A stretch of 64,000 bases of DNA from Verrucomicrobiota bacterium (GTDB taxonomy: Bacteria > Verrucomicrobiota > Verrucomicrobiia > Verrucomicrobiales > V1-33): the NCBI GenBank assembly GCA_040386695.1, contig JAZKFB010000038.1, positions 23,157 through 87,156 on the forward strand, read 5' to 3'. Each line of letters opens with the position of its first letter. Position 1 is the first letter of the stretch. The translations under genes were made by a program, and so were the position numbers. Under the pieces are notes generated by a model. That model saw nothing but the letters and a program-made list of their open reading frames with translations, did not search any database and was not told the DNA's origin. Shown here piece by piece: positions 28,139-36,921 of this stretch.

Positions 28139-29191
28139 ATGAAATTCCCGTCCTTCATTCTTCACGCCGGTCTCATGCTGCCGCTGATGACCGCCGCCGC
28201 GCCCGGAATCCGCGCGCAGGAACCGGCGGCAAAGGAAGCGGCGAAAGCGCTGGAGCCGGAGCCGCCGCCACCGCAGGCGCAGGCGCAGGCGCAGGCGCAG
28301 GCCCCGGATTTCAGTAAAAAGGGAGCCGCGCATCTCGCTGGTATTCTGAACAAGCCGTGGGCCGGAGGCTGGACCGGCGCGGTTCTGGAGAATGTGCGGC
28401 GGGTTCCGCCAAAACCCGGCATGGCTTTTGCCACCAAACTGCCCGCCGCATGGCACGCGCGGATTGCCGGGCCGGGCGGGAAATCCGGTTATCTGCTGTG
28501 GGAGGACGGGAAACAGGGCGGGCTTCTGGAATTCGCGCTGGATGACCGGCTGGACATTGACGCTCCCAACGCCAGAGCCCTGCCCGGCGTGACCGCGCTC
28601 CAGCAGTTTCCCCTGCCCGGCAGGGACGGCGGCAAACCGGTCGCCTCCGGCTGTGTGCCCACGGCGGGAGCCAGTGTGTTTGATTTTTGGCTGAGGCGCG
28701 GGCAGGCTCCGGCCGCAGTCCCGGCGGATGGGAAGGATGCCGGCAATGAAGCCGGATTGCGGGATCTCACGCTGAAATTGAGGGCCAGGATCAATATGAT
28801 GGCTATTCCGGACCGGGACGGGTTCACGGAGGACGGCATGGATCTCGCGGGAGCGAATCCGGCGGAACTGGCCAAGGCCATTCAGTCGGAGGCGGACGCG
28901 CGCGGGCTGGCGGTCCGGGCGAAGTTCGGAGCGTTTTCCTTCGATCTTCTCAAAGCGGAAATCAATGCCGGGCGTCCGGCCCTGCTCTCCTGCGTCGTCC
29001 GGGTGCCGCATAAACCGGAGCTGTCCTGGGGACACGAGGTCGCCGCCACAGGCTGGGCGGAACTGGGTGGCGCGCGGTTCGCGGGCATTCTGGATAATTT
29101 TTACCCGATCGGAAATCCGGCGGCGGTGCGCTGGATCCGGGAGGAGGCTTTTCAGTCGCTGATCACGGTGAAGCCGGCGGAGAAGGAATAG
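28139..29191 (+). CDS. Secreted hypothetical protein with a (QA)n linker and a possible papain/C39-like Cys...His pair
   Basis: Start chosen at MKFPSFILHAGLMLPLMTAAAPG (signal peptide). The PQAQAQAQAQAP linker is encoded by a hexanucleotide repeat. Motifs GCVPTAGASVFDFW and SWGHEVAATGW. The peptidase reading is an inference only. Confidence 0.5.
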   Translation: MKFPSFILHAGLMLPLMTAAAPGIRAQEPAAKEAAKALEPEPPPPQAQAQAQAQAPDFSKKGAAHLAGILNKPWAGGWTGAVLENVRRVPPKPGMAFATKLPAAWHARIAGPGGKSGYLLWEDGKQGGLLEFALDDRLDIDAPNARALPGVTALQQFPLPGRDGGKPVASGCVPTAGASVFDFWLRRGQAPAAVPADGKDAGNEAGLRDLTLKLRARINMMAIPDRDGFTEDGMDLAGANPAELAKAIQSEADARGLAVRAKFGAFSFDLLKAEINAGRPALLSCVVRVPHKPELSWGHEVAATGWAELGGARFAGILDNFYPIGNPAAVRWIREEAFQSLITVKPAEKE

Positions 29192-29322
29192 GCTGCGGCT
29201 TGGAATGGACGGAGATGGCCGGAAGCGGACGGCATGGACAGGAAGGCATGAATCGGAAGGAGACGCCGCCGGGCCTGGCAATTGGCAATTGTCATTTGGC
29301 GGTTTGTCCTCAATAACCGGAC

Positions 29323-30201
29323 ATGCGCATCATCATCACTGGCACCGGCGGACGTCTGGGAGCCGCCACCGCCCGTTTTCTCCGGGACCGCCACCGCGTC
29401 ATCGCGTGGGACCGCAAAGCCATGGATCTGAAGGAGCCGGAGCGCATTCTGGATCATTTCGGGGCGGTTCAGTTCGATGCCGTGATCCACTGCGCGGCGC
29501 TCACGGCGGTGGATTACTGCGAGCAGCATCCGGACGAGGCCCGGGCCGTGAACACCGAGGCTCCGGCGCTCATGGCCAAAATCTGCCGGGAACGCGGGGC
29601 GCGCCTCATCCACGTGAGCACGGATTACGTTTACGACGGCCGGACGCCGGGGCTGCGGGTGGAGACGGATCCCACCGCTCCCCTGGGCGTGTATGCCGCC
29701 AGCAAGCGGGCGGCGGAGGAGGCGGTGCTGGCGGCCAGCGCGGATTTTCTCGTGGCCCGCACCTCGTGGGTTTTCGGGCCCGACCGGGCGAGTTTTGCGG
29801 ATACTGTGCTGGACCGCGCCCGCCGCGAGGCCGACGGCGGCGCCATCGCGGACAAGTGGGGTACTCCCAGTTACAGCCACGATGCCGCCGCCCTGCTGGA
29901 GGCTCTGCTGCTGAACCCGGACGCCACCGGCATCGTGAATCTCTGCAATGCCGGGGCCTGTTCCTGGCTGGAATACGGTCAGGCCTGCCTCGACCTCGCG
30001 GCGGAGGCCGGCATTCCCCTGAAGTGCCGCACGCTCAAACCCCTCCGGCTTGCGGAAATGTCCGCCTTCACCGCCCCCCGTCCCGTGCACACCGCCATGG
30101 ACACCACCCGGCTCGCCACTCTGACCGGCCTGCGGGTGCGCCCCTGGCGGGAGGCTCTGGCGGAATACATTCAGACTTATCATGCGCCGGCCCGCAGCTG
30201 A
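29323..30201 (+). CDS. rfbD: dTDP-4-dehydrorhamnose reductase
   Basis: 292-aa ORF: MRIIITGTGGRLG Rossmann N-terminus, VIHCAALTAVDYCE, STDYVYDG, YAASKRAAE (YxxxK) and ARTSWVFG. Confidence 0.85.
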   Translation: MRIIITGTGGRLGAATARFLRDRHRVIAWDRKAMDLKEPERILDHFGAVQFDAVIHCAALTAVDYCEQHPDEARAVNTEAPALMAKICRERGARLIHVSTDYVYDGRTPGLRVETDPTAPLGVYAASKRAAEEAVLAASADFLVARTSWVFGPDRASFADTVLDRARREADGGAIADKWGTPSYSHDAAALLEALLLNPDATGIVNLCNAGACSWLEYGQACLDLAAEAGIPLKCRTLKPLRLAEMSAFTAPRPVHTAMDTTRLATLTGLRVRPWREALAEYIQTYHAPARS

Positions 30202-30405
30202 TGTTTTGTGAAACAGAAGCGGTGAAAGCGGTTTTTCCCTCCGGCTGCCGGGCTTCCGCAGTCTCCTCCTCTTCGTTTCCTCCGTGCCCTTCTGTTCAAA
30301 GTTTCAATCTCAAAATGGACTGTGTTTCCGGCTTTTCCCATCATTCTCCGCCCTTGAGCCCTGCCGGACAGGGTATAGCAGTTCATCCGCACACGCTCCG
30401 CGCTT

Positions 30406-30891
30406 ATGGCTGAAAACTCCTCCCGCTCCGTTCTTCCCGGCATCGGTATTCTGGAATCCATGCCCGAGGAGGCCCGCATCGTCCTCACCGCCTCCGGGCA
30501 GTTCTCCAGTCTGCCGGAGGGATTTTTCCTGATGCGGCAGGGCGATCCGCAGGACCATCTGCACATTCTCATTTCGGGAAAACTGGCCGTTTCCGCCCAT
30601 TCCGATAACAACGTCATCGAACTGGGCATGATCATGCCCGGTGAAAGTGCCGGGGAAATGAACGTCATTGATCCCAAAACCGCCAGTGCCAATGTGAAAG
30701 CGGTCATCCATTCGCGCCTCTGGAGTATTTCCAAGGACGGACTCGACCGCTACATCGACCAGCACCCGGCCCACGGGGTGCTGCTTCTGCGCTCCATCTC
30801 ACGCCAGTTCTGCCGCCGCATCCGGCTCAACAGCGACAAAATGCTGCGCCAGGCGGAGATGGCGTCGGCGATTTACGAATGGATGGACTGA
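30406..30891 (+). CDS. Stand-alone cyclic-nucleotide-binding domain protein
   Basis: 161-aa ORF with FLMRQGDPQDHLHILISGKLAV ... GESAGEMNVI ... ANVKAV, the beta-roll/phosphate-binding-cassette pattern. Confidence 0.7.
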   Translation: MAENSSRSVLPGIGILESMPEEARIVLTASGQFSSLPEGFFLMRQGDPQDHLHILISGKLAVSAHSDNNVIELGMIMPGESAGEMNVIDPKTASANVKAVIHSRLWSISKDGLDRYIDQHPAHGVLLLRSISRQFCRRIRLNSDKMLRQAEMASAIYEWMD

Positions 30892-30957
30892 ATTGGACTG
30901 AGAATTGACACGTGACGGAGGGCCGGCAGCGTCCGCAGCCCGTTTTGCCTTTCGGAT

Positions 30958-31632
30958 TCAGCCGCCCGCCGGTTTTCCGGGTGCCCGGAGAAGCGGCAAA
31001 AGAGCCGCCGGTTCCGCAATGAGGAATTGAGCGCCATGCGCGCGGAGTTCGGCCTCCGGACGGAATCCCCACAGCGCCCCGACGGGAATCATGCCGGCGG
31101 CGGTGGCGGTGTCCATGTCGGTGCTGGTGTCGCCGACAAAGAGAATTTCCGCAGGCGGAAGGTTCAACTGCTCCGCGATTTCGATGGCACCCGCCGGATC
31201 AGGCTTGCGCGGCACGGTGTCGCGCTGGCCGAAAATCACCTCAAAACGGTGCTCCCCGAGAAAATGCGCCACCACAATCTCCGTGTAGGCCTGCGGTTTG
31301 TTCGACAGCACCGCCATGGGAATTCCCCGGGAAGCCAGCTCCCTCAGCATGGCCACAATGCCGGGATAAGGCTGCGTTTTCAGCCTCCAGCGGGCGTCGT
31401 AAGCGGTGCGGTAACGGCTCAGCAGCAGCCCGATCTGCTCCGGGGTGCGCGCGGCTTCGGGCAGAATGCGCTCCATCAGAACCGCCATGCCATCGCCCAC
31501 AAACGTCCGGAAACTGTTCACCGGGTGGACCGGATGCCCGTGCGCGCTGAGGGCCTCGTTCGCGGAATCCGCGAGGTCGTCCAGGGTATCCAGCAGGGTT
31601 CCGTCCAAATCAAAAATCGCAGCGGCAGGCAT
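30958..31632 (-). CDS. gph: HAD-superfamily phosphatase (phosphoglycolate phosphatase-like)
   Basis: Start chosen at the internal ATG 31632 (MPAAAIFDLDGTLLDT = HAD motif I). Also VLSNK (motif II) and FVGDTSTDMDTA (motif IV). The upstream 61 codons of the track ORF run through a repeat element. Confidence 0.8.
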   Translation of the reverse strand: MPAAAIFDLDGTLLDTLDDLADSANEALSAHGHPVHPVNSFRTFVGDGMAVLMERILPEAARTPEQIGLLLSRYRTAYDARWRLKTQPYPGIVAMLRELASRGIPMAVLSNKPQAYTEIVVAHFLGEHRFEVIFGQRDTVPRKPDPAGAIEIAEQLNLPPAEILFVGDTSTDMDTATAAGMIPVGALWGFRPEAELRAHGAQFLIAEPAALLPLLRAPGKPAGG

Positions 31633-31762
31633 CCCGGAGAGTGGCACGCCCGCTTCCCCGCACAAGTGCGCGCGGGATTTTTCCGGCAGCGCTTCAGCCC
31701 GTTCCAGGTTTTTATGACGGGCGGAGCGCTGACGGGTTCGCTGGTGGATTGCCAACGGGCCG

Positions 31763-31874
31763 CTGACGGGCCACGGATGACACGGATGGGCAGGAATGCA
31801 TGAGATGGACGGCACGGTCTCTTTTTTCTTATCCGTGAAATCCGTTGTATCCGTGAAATCCGAGGCCCGTCAGC
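31763..31874. repeat. Palindromic ACGGAT-rich intergenic element, copy 2
   Basis: Perfect terminal inverted repeat GCTGACGGGCC / GGCCCGTCAGC with internal CACGGATGACACGGATGG and TATCCGTGAAATCCGTTGTATCCGTGAAATCCG. Same family as 20808-20954. Confidence 0.65.
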
Positions 31875-31949
31875 GGCCTCAGCAGCGCGTTGATAACCCG
31901 CCCGTTGCCGGAAAAGTTGCGTCTCCGCGCCTGCGGGGCATGGTGGTGG

Positions 31950-32753
31950 ATGAGACTGCGGGTAAAAATGATCCAGCTGGGCATGGCGCTGGGATTCACC
32001 ACTGTCACCTCGTGCCGGACCCCCATGCCGCCGCCGCTGCGGCTGGAGGCGGTGGACCGGGAGGCGGTTGTCAAAAAAGCGGCGGCTCACGGGCTGGTTC
32101 CGGTTTCCAGCGGGGATCCGGGGATCGCGGTGGATCAGCGGTATGCCACAGCGGACAACGCCTTCCGGCGCGTGCTGTATCCGGCGGGATTCCCAGTGCT
32201 GATCAGCGCTCCGACGGCGGGGAAACTGGCGGTGGCCAATGCCGCGCTGCGTCCGCGGGGCCTGCATCTGCTGGTCTGGGACGCTTACCGGCCGCCGGAG
32301 GTGCAGTGGCGGATTTTCCAGCTGTTCCAGTCGGAGAATTACGTCGCCGATCCCCGGAAAAAGTGGTCCAAGCACTGCTATGGCCGGGCCGTGGATCTGA
32401 CTTTGGCGGACGGGAAAGGCCAAGCGGTGCCGATGCCAGGCGCGTTTGATGATTTCACCGCCAAAGCCTCCGCCACCTACACCGGCAATGATCCGGCGGT
32501 GCGGCGGAATCTGGAGCTTCTGCAGAAAGTCATGCGGGACGCCGGCTTCACGGTTTACGTGGATGAGTGGTGGCACTTCACCGATCTCAGCTGTAAAACG
32601 CTGAAAATCGTGAGACGCGTGAACAGAAATCGTGAAAAGGGTCAGGCGTCCAGCAGAAGCTCCATGGCGCGGGCGGCGGCGGCGCGCTTTTCGGGCTCGG
32701 TGCCGGGGATGAGGGAGCGGTTGCCGAAGGTGACGACGCTGATGGCGCGGTAG
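31950..32753 (+). CDS. ddpX: D-alanyl-D-alanine dipeptidase (VanX/DdpX, M15D), probable lipoprotein
   Basis: Start chosen at MRLRVKMIQLGMALGFTTVTSC (lipobox-like). VWDAYRP, zinc ligands SKHCYGRAVDLTL and VDEWWHF. The 3' end overlaps the convergent ORF by about 110 nt. Confidence 0.8.
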   Translation: MRLRVKMIQLGMALGFTTVTSCRTPMPPPLRLEAVDREAVVKKAAAHGLVPVSSGDPGIAVDQRYATADNAFRRVLYPAGFPVLISAPTAGKLAVANAALRPRGLHLLVWDAYRPPEVQWRIFQLFQSENYVADPRKKWSKHCYGRAVDLTLADGKGQAVPMPGAFDDFTAKASATYTGNDPAVRRNLELLQKVMRDAGFTVYVDEWWHFTDLSCKTLKIVRRVNRNREKGQASSRSSMARAAAARFSGSVPGMRERLPKVTTLMAR

Positions 32754-33397
32754 AGTCCCTGGAGGGGGGCGTCGGCATCATCGGGATACTGGTAACCGGC
32801 GAAGAACGCGCGCTTGGGCCAGGTGGGGAGGCGGAGGATTTCGAGCGGCTGGAGGGTGGCGTCCAAAAGGGTCGAAACGCAGTGGTCCTCCGGCAGGCCG
32901 GGCAGGAACGCCAGAGGCTGCGGCGGGGCCGCGAGGGTGTGGCGGAGGCGTCGCGGCACATCCGCGCGCAGGGCGTAGCAGGGGCCGCAGAGGGGCTGCG
33001 GGGGATGGGTGGCGGAGAAGCCGATGGCGGAGAAGGGGTTTTCCGGGATCAGCGCGGGCGCGAGCCAGTCCAGGGACTGCACCACGGTGTCGCTGTCGAT
33101 CTTGACCACCATGCCCGTGTTGTCCGGAGGGGCGGCGGCCGCCAGCGCGTCCAGTTGGCGCTCCAGATGCTCCTGTCCGTTGAGATTGCGGCCGTGCGGC
33201 CCGGCGCTGGGGCGGATGTGGACTCCCTCCTGGCTCAGCTCCCAGATCAGATCCGGCGGCAGGGGCTGGTCGGGATCGAAAAAGACATGCCGGGCGGCAC
33301 CCGGCGCGATGGCCCGGACACTGCACAGGCTCCAGCGCAGGCAGGCGGCGTCACCGCCGAAGGTGAACCAGACGAAGGAAAGGAGAGGGCTGGACAT
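32642..33397 (-). CDS. Hypothetical protein (last ORF before the prophage)
   Basis: 251-aa ORF with good coding appearance. It contains a KIDSDT motif, but I cannot assign a family. Confidence 0.45.
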   Translation of the reverse strand: MSSPLLSFVWFTFGGDAACLRWSLCSVRAIAPGAARHVFFDPDQPLPPDLIWELSQEGVHIRPSAGPHGRNLNGQEHLERQLDALAAAAPPDNTGMVVKIDSDTVVQSLDWLAPALIPENPFSAIGFSATHPPQPLCGPCYALRADVPRRLRHTLAAPPQPLAFLPGLPEDHCVSTLLDATLQPLEILRLPTWPKRAFFAGYQYPDDADAPLQGLYRAISVVTFGNRSLIPGTEPEKRAAAARAMELLLDA

Positions 33398-33424
33398 GCT
33401 AAATGGGGATGCTTGACTCGATTT

Positions 33425-33622
33425 TCATGGCTTGACCTCCATCACGATTCTGGAGGTAAGGGAATTGGCGCTCAGGATTCGCGCACGCAAACAATCCAGA
33501 AAATCCTGAGTCAGTCCTCCTTCCGGTATCCGGGACGCGCCCACGGCCTGGGTTTTCCCCTCGTCGTCCTCCGCAGTGTAGCTGATCCAGTTGGAGTTGT
33601 CTGGCGATTCATTGTTTCCCAT
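33425..33622 (-). CDS. Small hypothetical ORF in the low-GC prophage-end region
   Basis: 65-aa ORF only; low GC, no motif. Confidence 0.25.
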   Translation of the reverse strand: MGNNESPDNSNWISYTAEDDEGKTQAVGASRIPEGGLTQDFLDCLRARILSANSLTSRIVMEVKP

Positions 33623-33666
33623 ATTTTTATTCGGCTTGATGCGAATCGTGATTGGAGGGAAAAGGG

Positions 33667-34062
33667 TCAGAACCGGCGGAGGTAGAACTCGATGCCCTGC
33701 TGGTTGAAGTCGTAGTCCAGGCCGCTGCCGCTGTCGTCGGGGGAGCTGGCACCGTGGATCTTGCGCCCCTTGCTGGTGGGGCCGCCGTATTCGCCGGAGC
33801 CGCCGTCCGGCCGGGGCGGCAGCGGGGGCGCATCGGGCACTTCCGGGGGATCATGGGGATTGACCGGGACGCCGGGCGAGCCGTCGCCGCCCCGGCTGGT
33901 CAGCCCGGCGCGGGTGTTGTTGTTGCGGGCGTCGGCGGGGGTGATGGAGATCTCGATCTGCCCGGTGGTCAGCTGGCGGATGGACAGGCCGCCGCCGGAG
34001 ACGATGAGCTGCCCGCGCAGCAGCATGGCGAGCATCCGTTTGAGGTTGGGGGGCTGGCGCAT
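33667..34062 (-). CDS. Phage hypothetical protein (distal to the tape measure)
   Basis: 131-aa ORF, tightly packed after the 34068-34727 gene. Confidence 0.4.
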   Translation of the reverse strand: MRQPPNLKRMLAMLLRGQLIVSGGGLSIRQLTTGQIEISITPADARNNNTRAGLTSRGGDGSPGVPVNPHDPPEVPDAPPLPPRPDGGSGEYGGPTSKGRKIHGASSPDDSGSGLDYDFNQQGIEFYLRRF

Positions 34063-34067
34063 GGCGG

Positions 34068-34727
34068 TTATCCTCCGTAGGTGATTTTCCAGCGGAACGC
34101 ATACTCATAGACGGCGATCCACGGGCCGCTGTCCGTGTAGCCGCCGTCCTTCAGGGGCTCGCTGTCGATGCGCATGAGCACCCAGCCGTAGGGGAAGTGC
34201 AGCAGGGGCTTGTCCACCGAAGTCCACGGATTGTCCGGGGCCTGCGGGAAGTTGCCCACGGCCGGCGCGCCCACGGCGGTGCCCACCATGCTCTGGGGCA
34301 GCAGCGTGTCCGCGCCCACGATGACCTGGCGGAATCCCGTCTGGGTGAGCACCAGATCCACGGCGGGCCACGCTTTTTGAAATGGCTGGAAGGGCAGGCC
34401 GCCGATCTCCAGATCATTGACCAGCTCACTGCCGCTGAAGCACTGGCGGGAGCTGTAGACGCGGCGGCCGCCGCCCCGGATGCCCTTGCCGGTCAGGCGC
34501 ACGAGATAGCCGTTGTTGGCCACGCTCTCCGTCTCGATCTCGGTGATGATGAGGCCGGGGCAGTCGGGGAATTCGGAGTTTTTCGTGAACCCGCCGCGCG
34601 CGGCCACGTCCCCCTGGCAGAGGTAGGTGGCCTCGGCGCGGTCCCACTGCGGGCCGTCGGTGTCGCTGACGCGCGGCCCCTGCACGGCGGTGGGCACGGC
34701 GATGGAATAGAACTGGGATGCGCCCAT
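34068..34727 (-). CDS. Phage tail-associated hypothetical protein (position of a distal tail protein)
   Basis: 219-aa ORF starting 8 nt after the tape-measure stop. The call is positional only. Confidence 0.45.
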   Translation of the reverse strand: MGASQFYSIAVPTAVQGPRVSDTDGPQWDRAEATYLCQGDVAARGGFTKNSEFPDCPGLIITEIETESVANNGYLVRLTGKGIRGGGRRVYSSRQCFSGSELVNDLEIGGLPFQPFQKAWPAVDLVLTQTGFRQVIVGADTLLPQSMVGTAVGAPAVGNFPQAPDNPWTSVDKPLLHFPYGWVLMRIDSEPLKDGGYTDSGPWIAVYEYAFRWKITYGG

Positions 34728-34734
34728 GGGGAAG

Positions 34735-36893
34735 TCAGAGTTTGCCGTCCTCCTTGACGGCCTTGGCGATGATTTCGACGTTTTTGGCCAGCTCCTGGAG
34801 CAGGCGGTCCTTGGCGGCCTCCTTCTGCTGGCCCGCGTTCTTGGCGCTTTCGGCGGCGGCGGCCTCGCCGCGTTTGGCGCGGCGGGACTGGCCCCGGCCC
34901 GTCATGCCCCCCAGCGAGTCCGCGTCCGGACCGCCGCGCAGCAGGCTGGTGCGCTGGGCGCGGGTGAGTCCGATCTGGCGGCCCACGTAGGCGTTCCAGT
35001 TGACGGCACCCCTGCCCGTGCCCGCCTGCCGCGCGAAGCCGGAGCGGATGCTGTCCAGTGTGCCCTTGGTCTTTTTGCCCCGACGGGTGTCTTCGCTGTC
35101 GGCATTGTCCCCGGTGCCGGTGCTGATGCCCCCGCCCTTATGGGAGGAAGGGGAATCAGTGGAGGTATTGGCGGCGGGAGGCGGGGCTTTGACGCCGGGG
35201 GGATTCATGCCGAGGTCCTTGCGAAGACCTTCGAGCTGCTCGCCCTCCATGCCGTCCCTGGCGGCGGCGGCCACAAAGTCGGACTTCATTTTCTCGACCG
35301 TGGCGGCGGGCCGCCCGTCCCGCTTGGCGTTGGCGATGGTTTCCAGCCCGCTCTTGCGCCGGTCCTGGCCTCCGCGTCCTCCATCACCGGCTTCATGCCG
35401 AAGTCCGCGCGCATCTGTTTGATCTCGGATCCGGGCACATTGTTTTCCCGCGCGGACTGGAGAAAGTCCGCCTTCATCTGGTCGATCCGCTCCTGTGGCG
35501 CGCCGGTGGCTTTGGCCTCGGCGAGGGAGTCCATCTGCACGTCCCGGTTTTGCTGCCGCCACACCTTGTCCCGGTATTGCTTGCTGGCCGCCTCCACCCG
35601 CACGTCCTCGGCGGCCTGCTTGCGGTCCGCCTGCGCCTTTTCGTCCGCATCCACGCGGCCCTGTTTGCGGGCGGCGGTCTTTGCCTGGAATGATGAGAAC
35701 TGCTCCGCCAGTTCCTTCTGGGCTTTGCGTTTGTCGTTTTCCAGGTCAATGCTGCCCACACCGACGGACCGCATGTTGCGGTTGTCCGCGTCCGCCATGT
35801 TGGCTTCAGCCTCCTGCCGGTCCGCGTCGGAGGCGCGGGGATCCAGATAGGCGGCGGCCACCAGCAGCTTGGCCTTGAGCCGCTCGCCCACCAGATCGGC
35901 AGCATCCATCATGGTGTCGGCGAAAGTGAAAGCCGCGGCTTTGAGCCCCGCTCCCAGCAGCCCGACGAGGCTGCCATCCTGAAACGTCACCACCGCCATG
36001 TCGATGCCCTGCCCGATGGCGTCGCCCACCTTTTTGCCGGTCTCCGCCAGGCCGCTGACTTTTTCCGTCAGCCCCGCCACCAAAGGTTTGAGCGCGTCAT
36101 TCATCCCCGCGCCCACCCCTTGCAGCAAACTGTCCCTCGCATCCGCAAGGCTGGAGAGCAGACCCTCCATGGTGCCGGACAGAGTCTCCATCATGCCGCT
36201 GAACTGGCCGCCGGGGCTGGTCATATTCGAGAAGGCCTGCTCCAGTTCCGCGAATCCTATCTTGCCCTCGCTGGCCAGATTTTTCACGGCCGACTGGCTG
36301 ACTCCCAGAATGTTGGCGAACTCCCGGATGATGGGGATGCCGCGCCCGGTCATCTCGTTGATGTCCTCCGTGAACAGAGTGCCCGCCACGCGGGCCTTGC
36401 CATACAGCTCCGCCAGCTCGCCGATGGCCACGCCGGTGCCGGAGGCCACATCGCCCAGACGCCGCAGCGTCTCCGGCACGGAGTCCGCCGCCTCGCCGAA
36501 GGCCACCAGCATCCGCGCGGCCTGTGTCAGCTCGTCGCCGCCGAAAGGGCTTTTGTTGGCGAGGTCGCTGATGCGCGACAGTGTTTTCTCCGCCAGCTCC
36601 GCATCCCCGATCAGCGTGCGGAAGGCCACGCTGGTGGTTTCCGCGCTGGCCGCCAGGGAGGACGGCAGGGCCAGCATACCCAGCAGCCCGGCCACCGCCA
36701 TCACCTGCTGCGGCAGCTTGAAGAGCGTTTCGGAGAGGCCCGAGAGGAACCCGCCGCCCGCCGCCGCCCCGCCCCCGGCGCTGCCCAGCTTGTCGATCCT
36801 CGCGTGCAGCTGGTTGATGTAGTCGATGGACTGCGCCGCCCCCGCGCGGAAGGCGGAGGCGTCGAGGTCGAGATTGTAGCTGATGCCGGGCAT
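34735..36893 (-). pseudogene. Tail tape measure protein, apparently interrupted by a frameshift near 35360-35375
   Basis: The frame from ATG 36893 (MPGISYNLDL...) carries a TP901-type TMP core (AFRTLIGDAELAEKTLSRISDLANKSPFGGDELTQAARMLVAFG ... GRGIPIIREFANILGVS). Sense continues in another frame as QDRRKSGLETIANAKRDG...VEKMKSDF, echoing the upstream IDQMKADF and IKQMRADF repeats. The span of 2159 nt is not a multiple of 3. Confidence 0.75.
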
Positions 36894-36921
36894 GACGGGG
36901 GGAAAGGGAGGGACGGGAACT

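Noticed and set aside
32642-32753. A ~110-nt 3'-end overlap of ddpX with the convergent hypothetical gene, considered as an antisense regulatory arrangement.
   Set aside because: The ddpX catalytic motifs end at EWWHF well before the overlap. The extension is probably non-conserved tail sequence, so there is no evidence for regulation.
33398-33660. A search for an integrase gene or tRNA attachment site at the left prophage edge.
   Set aside because: None is present. The element encodes a MuA/MuB-type transposition module instead, so site-specific integration is not expected.
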